Virus record (IMG/VR): IMGVR_UViG_3300021256_000002 | Location: 1-64,000 of that record | DNA length: 64,000 nucleotides | Source of the DNA: a virus | Lineage: Duplodnaviria > Caudoviricetes | Strand: one strand, 5' to 3' | Part shown: positions 51,329-63,700 of the stretch, piece by piece | Layout of the letters: every line of letters begins with the position of its first letter | Position numbering within the stretch: the stretch's first letter is position 1 | Translations under genes and position numbers: made by a program | Notes under the pieces: generated by a model | Seen by the model: only the letters and a program-made list of their open reading frames with translations | The model's database searches: none | What the model was told of the DNA's origin: nothing

Positions 51329-53211
51329 TGATAATGAATAATGACGTAATGGAGAAATTCGATCTTCCTGGGGCAAAACAATTGACGAAAGTCGATGCAA
51401 TTGAATCTTTACTCGTACTTTTATCTTTGAGTTTTAGAATGAAGATTGCACCAACTTCATTATATCGTGCTGGATTGTATGATTATTTCATCAAGAAAGC
51501 TTCTGAATTACTGGATTACACGATGGAAGGAATTGATGATGAAGAAAAGGTAGCTTATCATTATATGAATTCCAACGTTATTCCGTTGAATGTTTGCAAT
51601 GAACTTATTCCTAGGTTATCTGAAAACGATATTACTCGTATAGAAATTGAATCAGCTATACCGCTTATCGCATCATGTACATATGCTCTGGATAAGCTAG
51701 TGGTTTTCAATGTGACGGATAGAACTTTCAAAATCGCAACGTTTGGGGGTGATTTGAAACAATTCATCCATACAATACACTTGACACCACGTGGAATGGT
51801 AACATCGATATCTGAATCAAATCAACCATCTTCTGGAGCACGGATTCAATTTTTGTTTGGTCCTACTCAATCAGAAGCACAATTTGGTATTGCTGTATTC
51901 AAAGCACTTGATAGAAAGAATCCTAGAGTAGGGAATAAATTCATCGTCAAGTTATTTACGTTACCATATGAGAATGCTTTATTGAATGAAGCCATGATTG
52001 GTTCTATGCCTACTAGCAAAGATACGATTACTAGCTTCATTGAAAATTCACACTTGGAAAAGAAAGTTTCTATTATGAATGCCGTTATTACCAATCAGAT
52101 TGAAATGGATACGGTAACGAAATATATGAAGTTAACATTCCCAAAGAAAAAATTTGATGACAAACCAACTTCATCATCAAATAACACAATCGATCCTGAC
52201 GCGGATGCGGTTATTACTTCACCTTTAAGTCTGTTTAATGATGAGGTGAATAAAGCCAAGATAAATAAGTCTCAAAGTCCTGATACATATATGGACGAAG
52301 AAGATGAATTTTTGAATAAGGTACTTGGTGGATCACCAGTCAAAGCAATTCGTCTTGACCATATGCCATCACCTGAAGAATTGAATAACATAATTGGTGG
52401 TTTTGTAGAAGGCGAAATGATGGGTGCTGATGACGATGAAGATGATGAAGGATTCTTCAAGAGTTTGTATTCTCAGTTGAACGATACGGATGTGAATGTT
52501 CTGTCATTCAAAGCATTTTTGAATAGTAAATTCAGAGCATTTGGTTGTATTCCATGTTATAAAGATAGGTATGGTAGAATGGGATGTATTCGGTTGAAAA
52601 ATCCTGGTAAGAAATACAATGGTTGTAAAGCATGTATTCGTCATCCAGATTATATCGATATGCTGAAAGCTGATATGATTAATGTACTCAAGACTTCTCC
52701 ATTTGGTAAATCTGAGCCAAATGCTGAGACGATATATAAAAACGAGCTTGACCAACGACTGGCGATATACCAACACTGGGATACTTATATCAATGACATT
52801 GATGTTACGTATATACGTCATGGGTATATTGATAGTCCTGAATTACTCAAAGAAGTTTTAGTTGATAAAACTTCAACTTATGGATATTATGATAAAAAGA
52901 ATAATGCTTGGTATAAGGGGTATTGCCATCGGTCTGTGGTACTTGAAGGTACTGTATTATATAACTTACATGGTAGATTGTTCGATAATGCGCTTGGTCA
53001 TATACCAGTACAATCATATGCATGTAAGGAAAGCTTAGGCATATACATGCCAGATACAATCTTGAACAGAATCAAGTTTGGATTGGTTAGTGTATTTATT
53101 TATAAGTATGCTAAGGATAAAAATAACAAGTTGGTTGAAGGTAGTGATACTAAAACTCTTGTGCTCATGCCTTTAGCTTTTACCGATTACAATAAAACAT
53201 TCGATGAATAA
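51328..53211 (+). CDS. Hypothetical protein
   Basis: 627 aa ORF; no recombinase motifs recognised. Confidence 0.75.
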   Translation: MIMNNDVMEKFDLPGAKQLTKVDAIESLLVLLSLSFRMKIAPTSLYRAGLYDYFIKKASELLDYTMEGIDDEEKVAYHYMNSNVIPLNVCNELIPRLSENDITRIEIESAIPLIASCTYALDKLVVFNVTDRTFKIATFGGDLKQFIHTIHLTPRGMVTSISESNQPSSGARIQFLFGPTQSEAQFGIAVFKALDRKNPRVGNKFIVKLFTLPYENALLNEAMIGSMPTSKDTITSFIENSHLEKKVSIMNAVITNQIEMDTVTKYMKLTFPKKKFDDKPTSSSNNTIDPDADAVITSPLSLFNDEVNKAKINKSQSPDTYMDEEDEFLNKVLGGSPVKAIRLDHMPSPEELNNIIGGFVEGEMMGADDDEDDEGFFKSLYSQLNDTDVNVLSFKAFLNSKFRAFGCIPCYKDRYGRMGCIRLKNPGKKYNGCKACIRHPDYIDMLKADMINVLKTSPFGKSEPNAETIYKNELDQRLAIYQHWDTYINDIDVTYIRHGYIDSPELLKEVLVDKTSTYGYYDKKNNAWYKGYCHRSVVLEGTVLYNLHGRLFDNALGHIPVQSYACKESLGIYMPDTILNRIKFGLVSVFIYKYAKDKNNKLVEGSDTKTLVLMPLAFTDYNKTFDE

Positions 53212-53380
53212 AAGAGAAGGAGCAAACGCTCCTTCTCTTAAAGATGAGTAAGAAGAGTGAGCGATAACCGCTCACTCTTCTTACGTGATCTGATGTGTGA
53301 TATATGGGTATCCGACACCAGGGATCAAACTCTCCATACTATATTGTATATACCAAAATACTTTTATAAGCAAAGTTTTG

Positions 53381-53590
53381 ATTATACAGTGGATGTGTGT
53401 AATACCTACAGAGGTACCAGAAGAATTTAATTTCCCAATTAGTTTAACTAGCACTGGTGTGCGGATTATCGTAGCAACAAATAATAGCCCGAGTAGAACG
53501 GAAGCTCCACAAGTAACATCTTCTCATGCAATTGTTGATCTATTTGGGACGGCTAATATATATACATACCTGATAATTCTAGGTTCATGA
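53381..53590 (+). other. Silent tail-fibre C-terminal cassette 2
   Basis: IIQW...FNFPIS...YLIILGS*; ACAGTGG at 53386. Confidence 0.78.
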
Positions 53591-53896
53591 TATGCACAGT
53601 GGAGCCAATACAATTTTGAATTAGCTAATTTCGTTAAGAATCCTTCTGGTGGTTGGATGGTTTTAAATAATAGTGTATATTATTGGCCTATAAATGCAGG
53701 AGCATCAATAGCTCGTTCAGGTATAGTTGATTGGGGTGCATTTACTGAAAAGGGGGAACATGGAAAAACAAATCTCCCTCAAATCTTTATAAAAAGCGAT
53801 TCTGGAGGTAGTTTTTATATTAGCGGCTTATATTCCGAGATATCAGACGCCCAAGGCGGTGGGAGTTTTTATCTCATCGGATGCTTTATAATATAA
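53591..53896 (+). other. Silent tail-fibre C-terminal cassette 3
   Basis: YAQW...YYWPIN...LIGCFII*; ACAGTGG at 53596, directly after previous stop. Confidence 0.72.
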
Positions 53897-53903
53897 CTTC
53901 GCA

Positions 53904-54152
53904 TTTCAACAGTGGATGCATTGTACTCCAGAAGAATTTGAAGCCACTGGAGTAGTAAACATAAATTACAGGAAACTTCCCATTCCATCTGCTATATATG
54001 ATGCAACCTTCACATTTAGATATGCGTTTGCATGGAATGCTGCATCATATACGTCTGTTGGATATGCCAATTCGTTTAGTTTACATATTACTGATATGAA
54101 TAATAATCCATTTACTCCAAATGACGTACGCGTTGTATTTATAACCGCTTAA
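53904..54152 (+). other. Silent tail-fibre C-terminal cassette 4
   Basis: FQQW...KLPIP...VVFITA*; ACAGTGG at 53909. Confidence 0.72.
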
Positions 54153-54439
54153 TTCTACAGTGGGCTAAGTACGCTGACTCTAGTGCGATTGAAACTGGTC
54201 GCCCAAATCATATTGCATATGAAAAACAAACTAATTATGATGATACAAAACTATACCGTGCAAGGCTTCCTATATCATTCACTACTGACGATGGATTTTT
54301 CGTATGTTCAAATTCAGCTTCTGGATCAGAATATCGTAATTTCAGATACTTTGATTATATATACGGATATGGAAAAGAAGCTGTTATTTTTCAAGGAGAT
54401 ATATTAATGGCTAGAATGATTATGGTATTAGGCTATTAG
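54152..54439 (+). other. Silent tail-fibre C-terminal cassette 5 (missed by ORF track)
   Basis: ILQWAKYADS...RLPISFT...MIMVLGY*; ACAGTGG at 54157. Confidence 0.78.
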
Positions 54440-54440
54440 G

Positions 54441-54692
54441 ATTATACAGTGGACGGTTGAAACTTTTTATGGTATAAAGGATGAGAATTGTGCAGTACCA
54501 TTACCTATAGAATTCCCAGACATTTACATAGCAGCTGTAAGATCATGTTGTACAGCTTCAGGGTCTCGTAATGTAACTACGATGGTTCAAGTAATGGGTA
54601 GGGATAAAGTAATACATGACGAGTTTTTGTTTGGGGTATTCAGTACACTGAACCAAAATGTTACTGTATGCGGAATTGCATTAGGATACTAA
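54441..54692 (+). other. Silent tail-fibre C-terminal cassette 6 (missed by ORF track)
   Basis: IIQWTVE...PLPIEFPD...CGIALGY*; ACAGTGG at 54446. Confidence 0.8.
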
Positions 54693-54694
54693 TA

Positions 54695-54730
54695 AATTAA
54701 CCTAGACGGTTTAAACCGTCTAGGTTAATT
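54695..54730. terminator. Bidirectional terminator after cassette array / tape measure gene
   Basis: AATTAACCTAGACGG-TTTAAA-CCGTCTAGGTTAATT. Confidence 0.75.
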
Positions 54731-54741
54731 CTTTTTACTTT

Positions 54742-57700
54742 TTAGAGACTTCTGAAGCTTCCACCTCGAGCAATTTCCAGATTCTTCATATGCATTGCAG
54801 AGAGTCCGTTATTACCACCAGGGTTTGTCAGACGCTGAGATGCTTCAAAATCTGCTTTGTTCATCGTAGGTCTTTCAGAAGGGAGTTTGAATGAAGTTTG
54901 GTCAGTATATCCTTTACCTCCATTGATGAGAGGAGAAGAACCACCACCAGTTACATTCACTTTCATACCACCAAAGGTATTATCCGCAATTCTCTTCAGA
55001 TATTCAATCATGACTTTCGCTTCAGCTTTGATACTGAGATACTTCATCATATTGAGTATTGAAGTCGAATCCGCACCATTTGGAGTATTGATATGGTTAT
55101 CAAACACGAACTGGTTATGAGACATTGGCAAGAAGTCATCAGTACTACCCATTCCACCATTATGCATCATGGAAGAGAGTCCACCGAATCCTTTACCACC
55201 AGAACGGCTACGATACATCTTAGGAGGTTTGATGAGAGGTTTACCATTTCCGCCATCATAGCTATCTCCATTACCTGAATATTTAGCTGCATACTGAGCA
55301 TACGTCATCTCTCCAGATTGAAGTTTACTATTAATCTCAAACGCGTTATCGATTATATCAATAATTGCAGTTGGACTAGCAGCACCTATTATCTCTAGGA
55401 GATTTGATATAGCTGGATATTCAGCAAGACATTCTTCAAGCGCCGCAAATGTAGCAGCTGGTAATATTGCTTTCAGTATCTTGATGACTGCTTGGAGTTT
55501 GGGACCTGTACCACCATGGATATATCCTTTACCACCAAAGTCTTTCGGAATCAGCGGACCGCCAGAACCACCATATTGCTTAGCACCAGATACGATATCT
55601 GGGAGCATTGCATACAGATTATCACCAGGACATGCAGTATTCGATACTTCACGATGACCAACAACATGTTGTCTATCAATCGGGAAATTGTATTTCTTAC
55701 TAAGTCCACCAATGAGTTTCTTAGCAGAATCGATCTGACCAGCACTTGGTGAATATTGACCACTGAAGTCACCAGTCAAGTTGATACCGATAGCATTTTG
55801 GTTTCCGAGGAAGCTCGTTGCGGTTTCATCACGTTTTGCGTGTGCACCCATAGCACCTTCATCCCTACCACGCTCAACAGTACCATCTTGACGAATCACG
55901 TAGTGATATCCAATACCATTCCATCCTTGACTTTGATGCAGTTTGTTCATATAATCAGCAGACCAGTCAGCGTTATTTGGACTAGCAGAATGATGGATAA
56001 CAACACCTTCAGTCTTTGCTCTATCATCACCACTAGATAACGGTTGACCAGTAATATTCAGTCCAGGAATATTGGTTATACCGCCATTTGTCTTTGGTTG
56101 TGGAACGCGATCCTTATATTTATTGTAAATCTCTCTAGCCGCAGCTCGACGTGGCGGGAAGTAACTTTCCGTAGTATTACCTTCATAATATCTGGTAAAC
56201 ACATCGGTTGCCGCCTCAACTGAACCAGCATTATTCAAATCATCTTTACCAATATTACGGACTTTATTATCCATTTCTTGATTGAAATATTTGATTTGAT
56301 TACCGATATCATACCAATGTCCACCACTAGATTTAGCAAATTCAAGTAAAGCTTGACCACGAGGACCAGTCCATTGTGCAAGACCAAATCCAGGATAATA
56401 CGTACCATCACTACCTTTATACGCAGAATGTTCTATACTTAATCCTTGAGAAGCATAATTATTGAAAAGATTTTCAGTATGAGCATTTCTAGCATTACTA
56501 TTGGTAGCAATCTCATCATACCCAGGGAAGCTAGATGCAGTATCCCATTCAACTCGTTTTGGTTGAATACCAGATTCATGTTTCCATGGACCCATGATAC
56601 CGGCAGCAGCTTCTTTAGTATAGCCATTGGTAGTAAGGTAATCCCACATATCCTGTTCGTTATTACCAGTGCTATTGAAATCACCAGAACCAGCAGAACT
56701 TCTACCACTATCAGAACTATCTCTCATCAACGCATCAACGTCAATTTCATGGATATTACCAGTCAAAGCCATTTCAGTTGCCTGACCGAGAATACCACCG
56801 ATAGCTTTACTGAGCTTAGCAAACAATCCCATCTTAGCAGTAGAACCAGAAGATTTACTACCAGCAGAACCATTCGATTTAGCAGAAGTTTCATCTGAAG
56901 TCTTACCAGAAGCAGACCAACTATCAATTTTATCACTCGGTTGAATGGTTGGATTAAAGAGAATGTTACCCTGGCCAGAAGAATATCCCTGAGAATTACC
57001 TTTTGCACTTGGGTCGAAAATCTGACTAGCATTGAGTTTATGAATCATACCACCATTTGAGTCGTATACTTCATATGTACCATCAGAAAGTCTTCTACCA
57101 ACAACGGTTGCATGTGCACCACCACCACGATTCAACGGATGACTACCACTGCTACCATCGCCACCAACCTGATACAACATCATCGGGTGTTCCGGATTTG
57201 CACCAAAGTTAGATTCAAGGTAATTTACAAAAGCATCTCCTTCACCCGGAGAGAATATCTTCTCTTCTGCAGGAAGTCCTAATACAGACTTATACCACCA
57301 ATTACTACCACCGAAGTCGTAGTTACTGGATGTCGTATCAGTTCCTTTGTATGCATTTATCAATGCAGCTGCGGCAGTTAGTGTACAATTGCTATTGGTA
57401 CTCTGCTGTGGCATGAACATCTTGTTACCAAAGCCACCATACAGCCAGCCACCACGACCACCAGCAGACCTTCCTTTACTCATATATCCAAGTACTCTAG
57501 GAGAACGAGGACCATTGATATATCCAGAAAGTGCTTTGGTAGACATGAGAGCTGAACCACCAGCAGGGTCATCCACCATGGTATAGGCTTTACCACCACG
57601 TTTTATCAACCCACGAGCATTTACGTAGTGGCCTCCTTGACCAGTCTGTACACCAGCAATGAGGCTCTTACCACTACCAAGTGCTTTTTCCATATCAGCA

Positions 57701-60700
57701 GGAGTATCTGTACCTACCTGATTGAAACTATTACCGGATTTAGCAGCAGCATCTTTGAAGAACTGACCAGTCAAACCACTTCCATCTCTTGCAATGTTAT
57801 TAGAAGAAATCGCACTTTGTGCTTCTTTCAATCCCATATTGATACCTGAAGAATTTGCATTGTTCAGCAATCCAGCAATACCACAACCACCATCTTTGAT
57901 AGTACCAAGTTCAGGATGTCCAGCTTTCACCGGAGTATTTGCCCATGCACCAGAATTCTGTTTGAGACCACGACCACCAAAGATATTTGGAATGAGCGTA
58001 CCGCCAAAACCACCACCCTTTGAATCCTTGAATACCGCACTCCAAATGTCACTGGATTTCTTGACATCGCCTTTAGCCATATCCATCAATCCACCAAACA
58101 GTTTGGAGGCGAAATCAACAGGATTCTTGATAGCGCCCATGACAACATCTACTGCAGCACCAACTGCCTTGCTTGCACTATTATAGAACTTGCCAATACT
58201 ATCAACTACATACTGAATTTCATTACTGATTTTCGGCATTGCAGATTTAAGCACACCATTAATTCCATCAAATATAGTTTCAAGGCCACGGCGAAGTACG
58301 CATTTACCTTTATACTTACCATTTTCAGTACCACCAGAGAACCATTCCCAAGCATCATCAAGTGCTTTGGATGCACGTTCAGAGAGAGTTGGAGGACCAG
58401 TAAAGAACTCAACTATCGATTCACCAGTTTCAGTCAAGAACTTACCAGCTTCATTGGTCTTTTCGTTCATGAAACCAACAAACGAAGCGATATTATCACG
58501 AATAGTTTTAATTCCTTCATCTGCTCCTTTGGCGATAGACCTGAATCCTTCGCCAATGGTTTCAAGAGCACGAACAAAGCAACTCTTACCACCATACTTA
58601 CCGCTCTCTTCACCACCAGTGAACCATTCAGCAGCATCATTTTTTGCTGTAGTGAACCAAGTGTCGAGATCTTTACGCATAGTGCTTACGGAAGCATGGA
58701 ATGAATCAAATGTATTTTTGATACCTCTCAGTATACCGTACAGAACAGAATCTTCCATTGTAACAGTTTGGAATCTTTCATCGTACGTATCACTTGAAGG
58801 ATCATTACCAAAAATATACGAGTTCAAAACACCATACACTTTCAACGGGAAAGGTTGGTCTTTCATATTCTCGCTGGTATGCTCCCAAGCGTCTTTACCA
58901 AAAAGATATCCAGCAACATCATCAACCGACGGAATCATCGCTGCAACATCATCAGTCCATCTGTAGAATCTCGGAAGAAGTGCATTTTCGTTACCCGGAG
59001 CAATTTCTTCTCCAGTTTCAGAATCAACGGTAGGAGTACCAAAGATGGTATTATCTATCATATTAGTAATAGAAGTTTTCCATGCACCAGCAGTTTCTGC
59101 AACACTATCCGTAGCTTTCCATATGGTAGACATTACGCCAGGGTTTTCACGTTCATGTTCTTCTTCAAGATACTTGGAATATTCGAGAGCAGACATCTCT
59201 TCTTTTCCATTTTCTTTACGCCAAGCATTTACCCCAGCAAGTTCATCCTTAAAGGATTTCTGCTTTTCACTAACATCAGTCATACCCATGGATACGAATT
59301 CGTACATCATCGTGAGCAAAGCCGTCTTGAACGGAAGTGCTCCACCAGTCATATCCTGAATCAACGTGATAAGCAAATCTAACCAAGGAGTGTACGGGTT
59401 AGTATCAATCAAGCAGTTGTATGCAGCACAGAACAGCCGCATCTGAGGAGTTACATCATCTGGACGAATTTGGAATAATTCAGCAGCATCATTAAAGCCA
59501 CGATAAACATCCCAAGTATAAATAGCAATAAGTGCAACTGGGCCAGTCAATGCAACACCAGCAAACTTAGCAACCAAACCAGCAATCTTACCAAGATATT
59601 TGGTGAGAACTGGACCTTTACAGGTCTTCCAAGCACCGATAAGTTTATCACAGAACTTAGCCAAATTTTCAGAGCCAAGTACACGTTTAACAATTTCTTG
59701 ATTCTTAATCCAGTTAATCATCTCACCGATGATGTTACCAGCTTTTTCCAGCATACCTTTAGTTTCAGGAGTTTCTGCACCAGATGCAATTGCTTGGAGA
59801 TTAGTAGAACCAGACCTAGCAATTTTATTTGCATTATCAGCTTGACTCTCAACGATTTGAGATGCACTCTGACGAAGTTCCTGAGAATACTGCGGGTCAT
59901 AGAACTTATAAGAATCGGCGGCGCTTATTGCGCGGTTGTAATTGCCTTCAGCTTCAATGAGTTCAGTTGCAGCTTTTTGATATCCACCAGAACCCACATT
60001 GTACCCATGGGCAAGCTTTGCAACTACACCACGACCATTTCTAGCCGCAGTTACAGCTGCTGCTTCAGCACCTTCTCTAGCAACACCTCTACGTGCATTT
60101 TTAGCAGCTTGCTCAGCAGCGTCATCACTAAGACCAGGAATGAGTCTCTTCAGATTATCGATTGCGCTAGAAACATGCTTTCCAACAGATTCAACAGCTT
60201 CTACAATATGCTTCTTGAGAGCTTCTGCTGTTTTAAGACCAATACTAGCAATATCACTAGCAATCTGGTTACTGAAAGCATTCCATTTATCATTAATCCA
60301 ATCATCCCATAATTGCTTAAGAGAAGCTATTATTGTACCAAGCCCAGCTGCGCCAAGAAGTAATTTACCAAGAGTGCCTTTGAGCCAATCAAGCATATCC
60401 TTACGGAATTTCTTATGATCATCAGTATTACCACTAATATTGGCAAGAAGCTTGAGGATAGTGGCTTTCCAACCGCCTTCTTTCTTCTTAGCTTGCTCTT
60501 CGTTATACTTCTTGATATCACTCTTACCGTATTCTTCTTTCTGAGATTTCTCTCTTTCGACGATTTCGGTACCAGGTTCTTTTTTCTTCTCTTTAGGTTC
60601 TTCAGTTCCACCTTCAGCAGGAACTGTAGCCGGTGTTTCACCATTGACAATTGCGTTGATAACTTGGTCGAATTTCTCTACCAAAGTATCAGTCTGTTCT

Positions 60701-63700
60701 TCAGTAGTATTCTGAAGATGTTCGGCAAGTTCAGCGCCAGTAATATCACGGTATTTATCTTCTACCTTTGAACGAAGTTCAGGAGGAAGTAAATCCATAC
60801 CTTTCTTGATATTATCACGGACTTCTTTGTTACCGAGAACCTTTTTGGCTACAGTTTCACCAGCACCACGACCAAGACCCATCTTGATTTTATTCCACCA
60901 ACCAAGAGAGGATTGGAGGAGTTCATTCTGGCGTTCTTGAAGTTCATGCGATCTATCATCAGCAGTTTTCTGTTGTTCAAGAGCAGCTGCTTCAGTCTTA
61001 TCCATAGACTGTAAGGTATGCTCAACCGTTGCAGGTTTGCCATCGGCAGTTTTCTCTCTAGGAGTTTCTTGAGCTCCACCTTCACCATGGATATTGGAAC
61101 CAACCGGCTGAGCATCAGGATTTAACGTGTTATGAACAACGTTGCCTTCAGCATCAACGAGACGGTATCTACCATGGTCATCGGCGTAGTCAACGAAATA
61201 CCCTAAGCGGTCAAGAATGCCACGGAGAAGTTCAGTCTGTTCACGAATGTTCGCATCACGTTCAGCCTGATCCAACTCAGCTTTCTTCTGGGATTCTTGA
61301 ATACGCTTTTCTTCAGCATAGTATTCTTCAGTTTTAGCAGCTAACTGGTATTTAGTATCTTTATATCCGTTCTTACGATAGTACTTACGACGTCTATCGT
61401 TAGATTCCACACGAGCTTCAATTTCTTTCTTACGATCTTCGTAATCAGTATCTGCTTTCTCTTTAAACCTATCGGCTCTCTGCTTACCTTCTTCAATAGC
61501 TTGAGCATATTCACTATCTTTGAAGTTAGGAGCCATGAAAGAAAGAAGTTTCAGAGGAGCAGATGCTGCTTTACCAGCTGCCCAAGCAGCAGTACGTATC
61601 GTTGCGGCAAGAGCTTTTCTACCTGTATCAAACAAGACGGTTGCAAGCTTACGGAAAGGCCAAGTAATCGTCTTGAATACTTCCATCGTGAAGTTTTTAG
61701 TCTTCGTGAAGAATTCATCGAACGTCTTACCAATCTTCTTCGCCGCTACACCAATTACAGCTTTATACGGTTCAAAAGCTTTAGCGATCGGGTACATGAT
61801 TTCAGTCTTGATAAAATGACTAGCTTTGTTGGTCATTTCAAGACCAAAGTTTGCAGCAGGAGTGATGAATTCAGTCTTGAAGAAATTCTTCATCTGGTCA
61901 ACCAAACCGCCAGATACAAACTTGCCATTCTCCATCTTACCGAACATCGCATCTCTGAACTTATCAGAAGCAAGTCCGATACCCATTGCGCCGCCAAGAA
62001 TAGCACCCATCCAAGGCTGGAATGCGACACCGATAAGACCCATGGTATTGAGAGCACTGAAGCCAAGATAACCACCACCAGCACCTACCAAAGCATTTGG
62101 CAAGAACTGCTTAACTTTCTTAGCCATCTGACCATTCAACAGACCAGTGGTCTTTTTCAGATCAGCATTTTCAGGGTCACCGAAGAGAAGTTTCTGCATC
62201 TTATCGCCACGCATAGCCGTTGCGATACCAACTGTTGCGAGTACGGGTCCAATGAATTCAAGGCCAGCCATGCCAAGAGCGCCAATCGGAGTAGCAGCTG
62301 CAGCACCCATACCAGGAAGCATTCCAAGTACGCTGAACCCAGTCAATGCTTTAAGAGCACCAAATGCAGTACCACCAAGAATAGCAGTTTTATTCTTTTC
62401 AACCCAATCAATTGCACTCTTAGGAATTACTCCACCTTGACGTTTACCATCAGCTCCAACTTCACCATACATCATCTTCAAGAAAGAATCGTTATGATGG
62501 AGCATGGAAACACCAAGACCAACCATGATACCACCAATTGGTCCACCAGGCAACAACAACGAGCCAAGCGTACCAAATGCGCCAATTGCATTCAAGCCAC
62601 CTACCGCAACACCACCAACAAGACCTTTGGAGATTGCACTAGGAGCTTTAGCACGAATAGCAGCAGCATACTCTTTCTGAACATACTCGGTGTCAAAACG
62701 TTTGGAACCACCAAGAGCACCAGCAAATTGAGCAGCAGCATTCGATATTTTATCAAATACAACGTCGATGAGAGGTTTCTTACGGTACTTCTGGATTTCT
62801 TCATTACCACCTACGATACTTTTCATCAAGCCATCAATCTGAGCAAATATCGCTTTATCACTCGGTTTAGTAGGTTTATCTTCTTTCTTCTCATCAGAAG
62901 AAGAAGTTTCAGTTCCACTCGATTCGTTGATTGCTTTTGTTGCTTTAGCAGTATCTTCTGTAGCAGGAACGATCTTATCAGCAAGAACATTTCTTACATC
63001 AGAAAGAAGGATATTCGTCTTATCCTGAGCACCTCTAACAGAACCAAATACATAGTTCAAGGTTTTACCCATGAAGTTTGCTTCAGCCGCTTGAGATTTC
63101 TCAATATCAGACGGACTACCAGTACCTGCTGGGAGAACATCAGCACCTTCATTCAGGAAGTATGCGCCAGTTTTAGTTATTTTCTGACGAAGACGTTTAC
63201 CTTTATTACGAGCAATTCTACGAGTACCTCTTGCATAGTTACCCAAGATAGTTTCACCAGCAGAGAGGATATATGTACCACTCTTAGGAACTCCACCACC
63301 AAGTGCTTTATTCCCTTCAGGCTTAGCTTCACTTGATTCAGTCTTCGGTTTTGCTTCAGAAGGCTCAACCTTACGACCATCGTTCAACTGGTCAATGAGG
63401 TTACCCATTGCATTTCTCTGGGCTTCTTGACTATCCTTCTGGTCACCAAAATATTGGTCTTTGAAAGCGTTACTGAAAGTACTCCAACCACTCTTTGCAG
63501 TACCAGCAAGAGAATCTGCATTCTCACCAATCTTCGTACCATCAGAAAGAGTTTGTTCTTTACCAGTTATCAGATTGGCAGCTTCTTTACGCATGTCAGA
63601 CATTTCATTTGCCATCTCTGACATGAATCCACCAGAGTACACACCATTTTCATCTTTTTCTCCCTTGAGGAAGTCAAAGAAGCTTTGCATACTCTTATAG

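Noticed and set aside
54183-54407. ORF-track 74-aa ORF
   Set aside because: Wrong frame; the cassette frame 54152-54439 (ILQW...LGY) explains the region
53381-54692. CRISPR-like array
   Set aside because: Shared repeat is only 7-13 bp and the spacers are 200-300 bp open reading segments
61501-63336. 611-aa plus-strand ORF
   Set aside because: Antisense shadow of the tape measure gene
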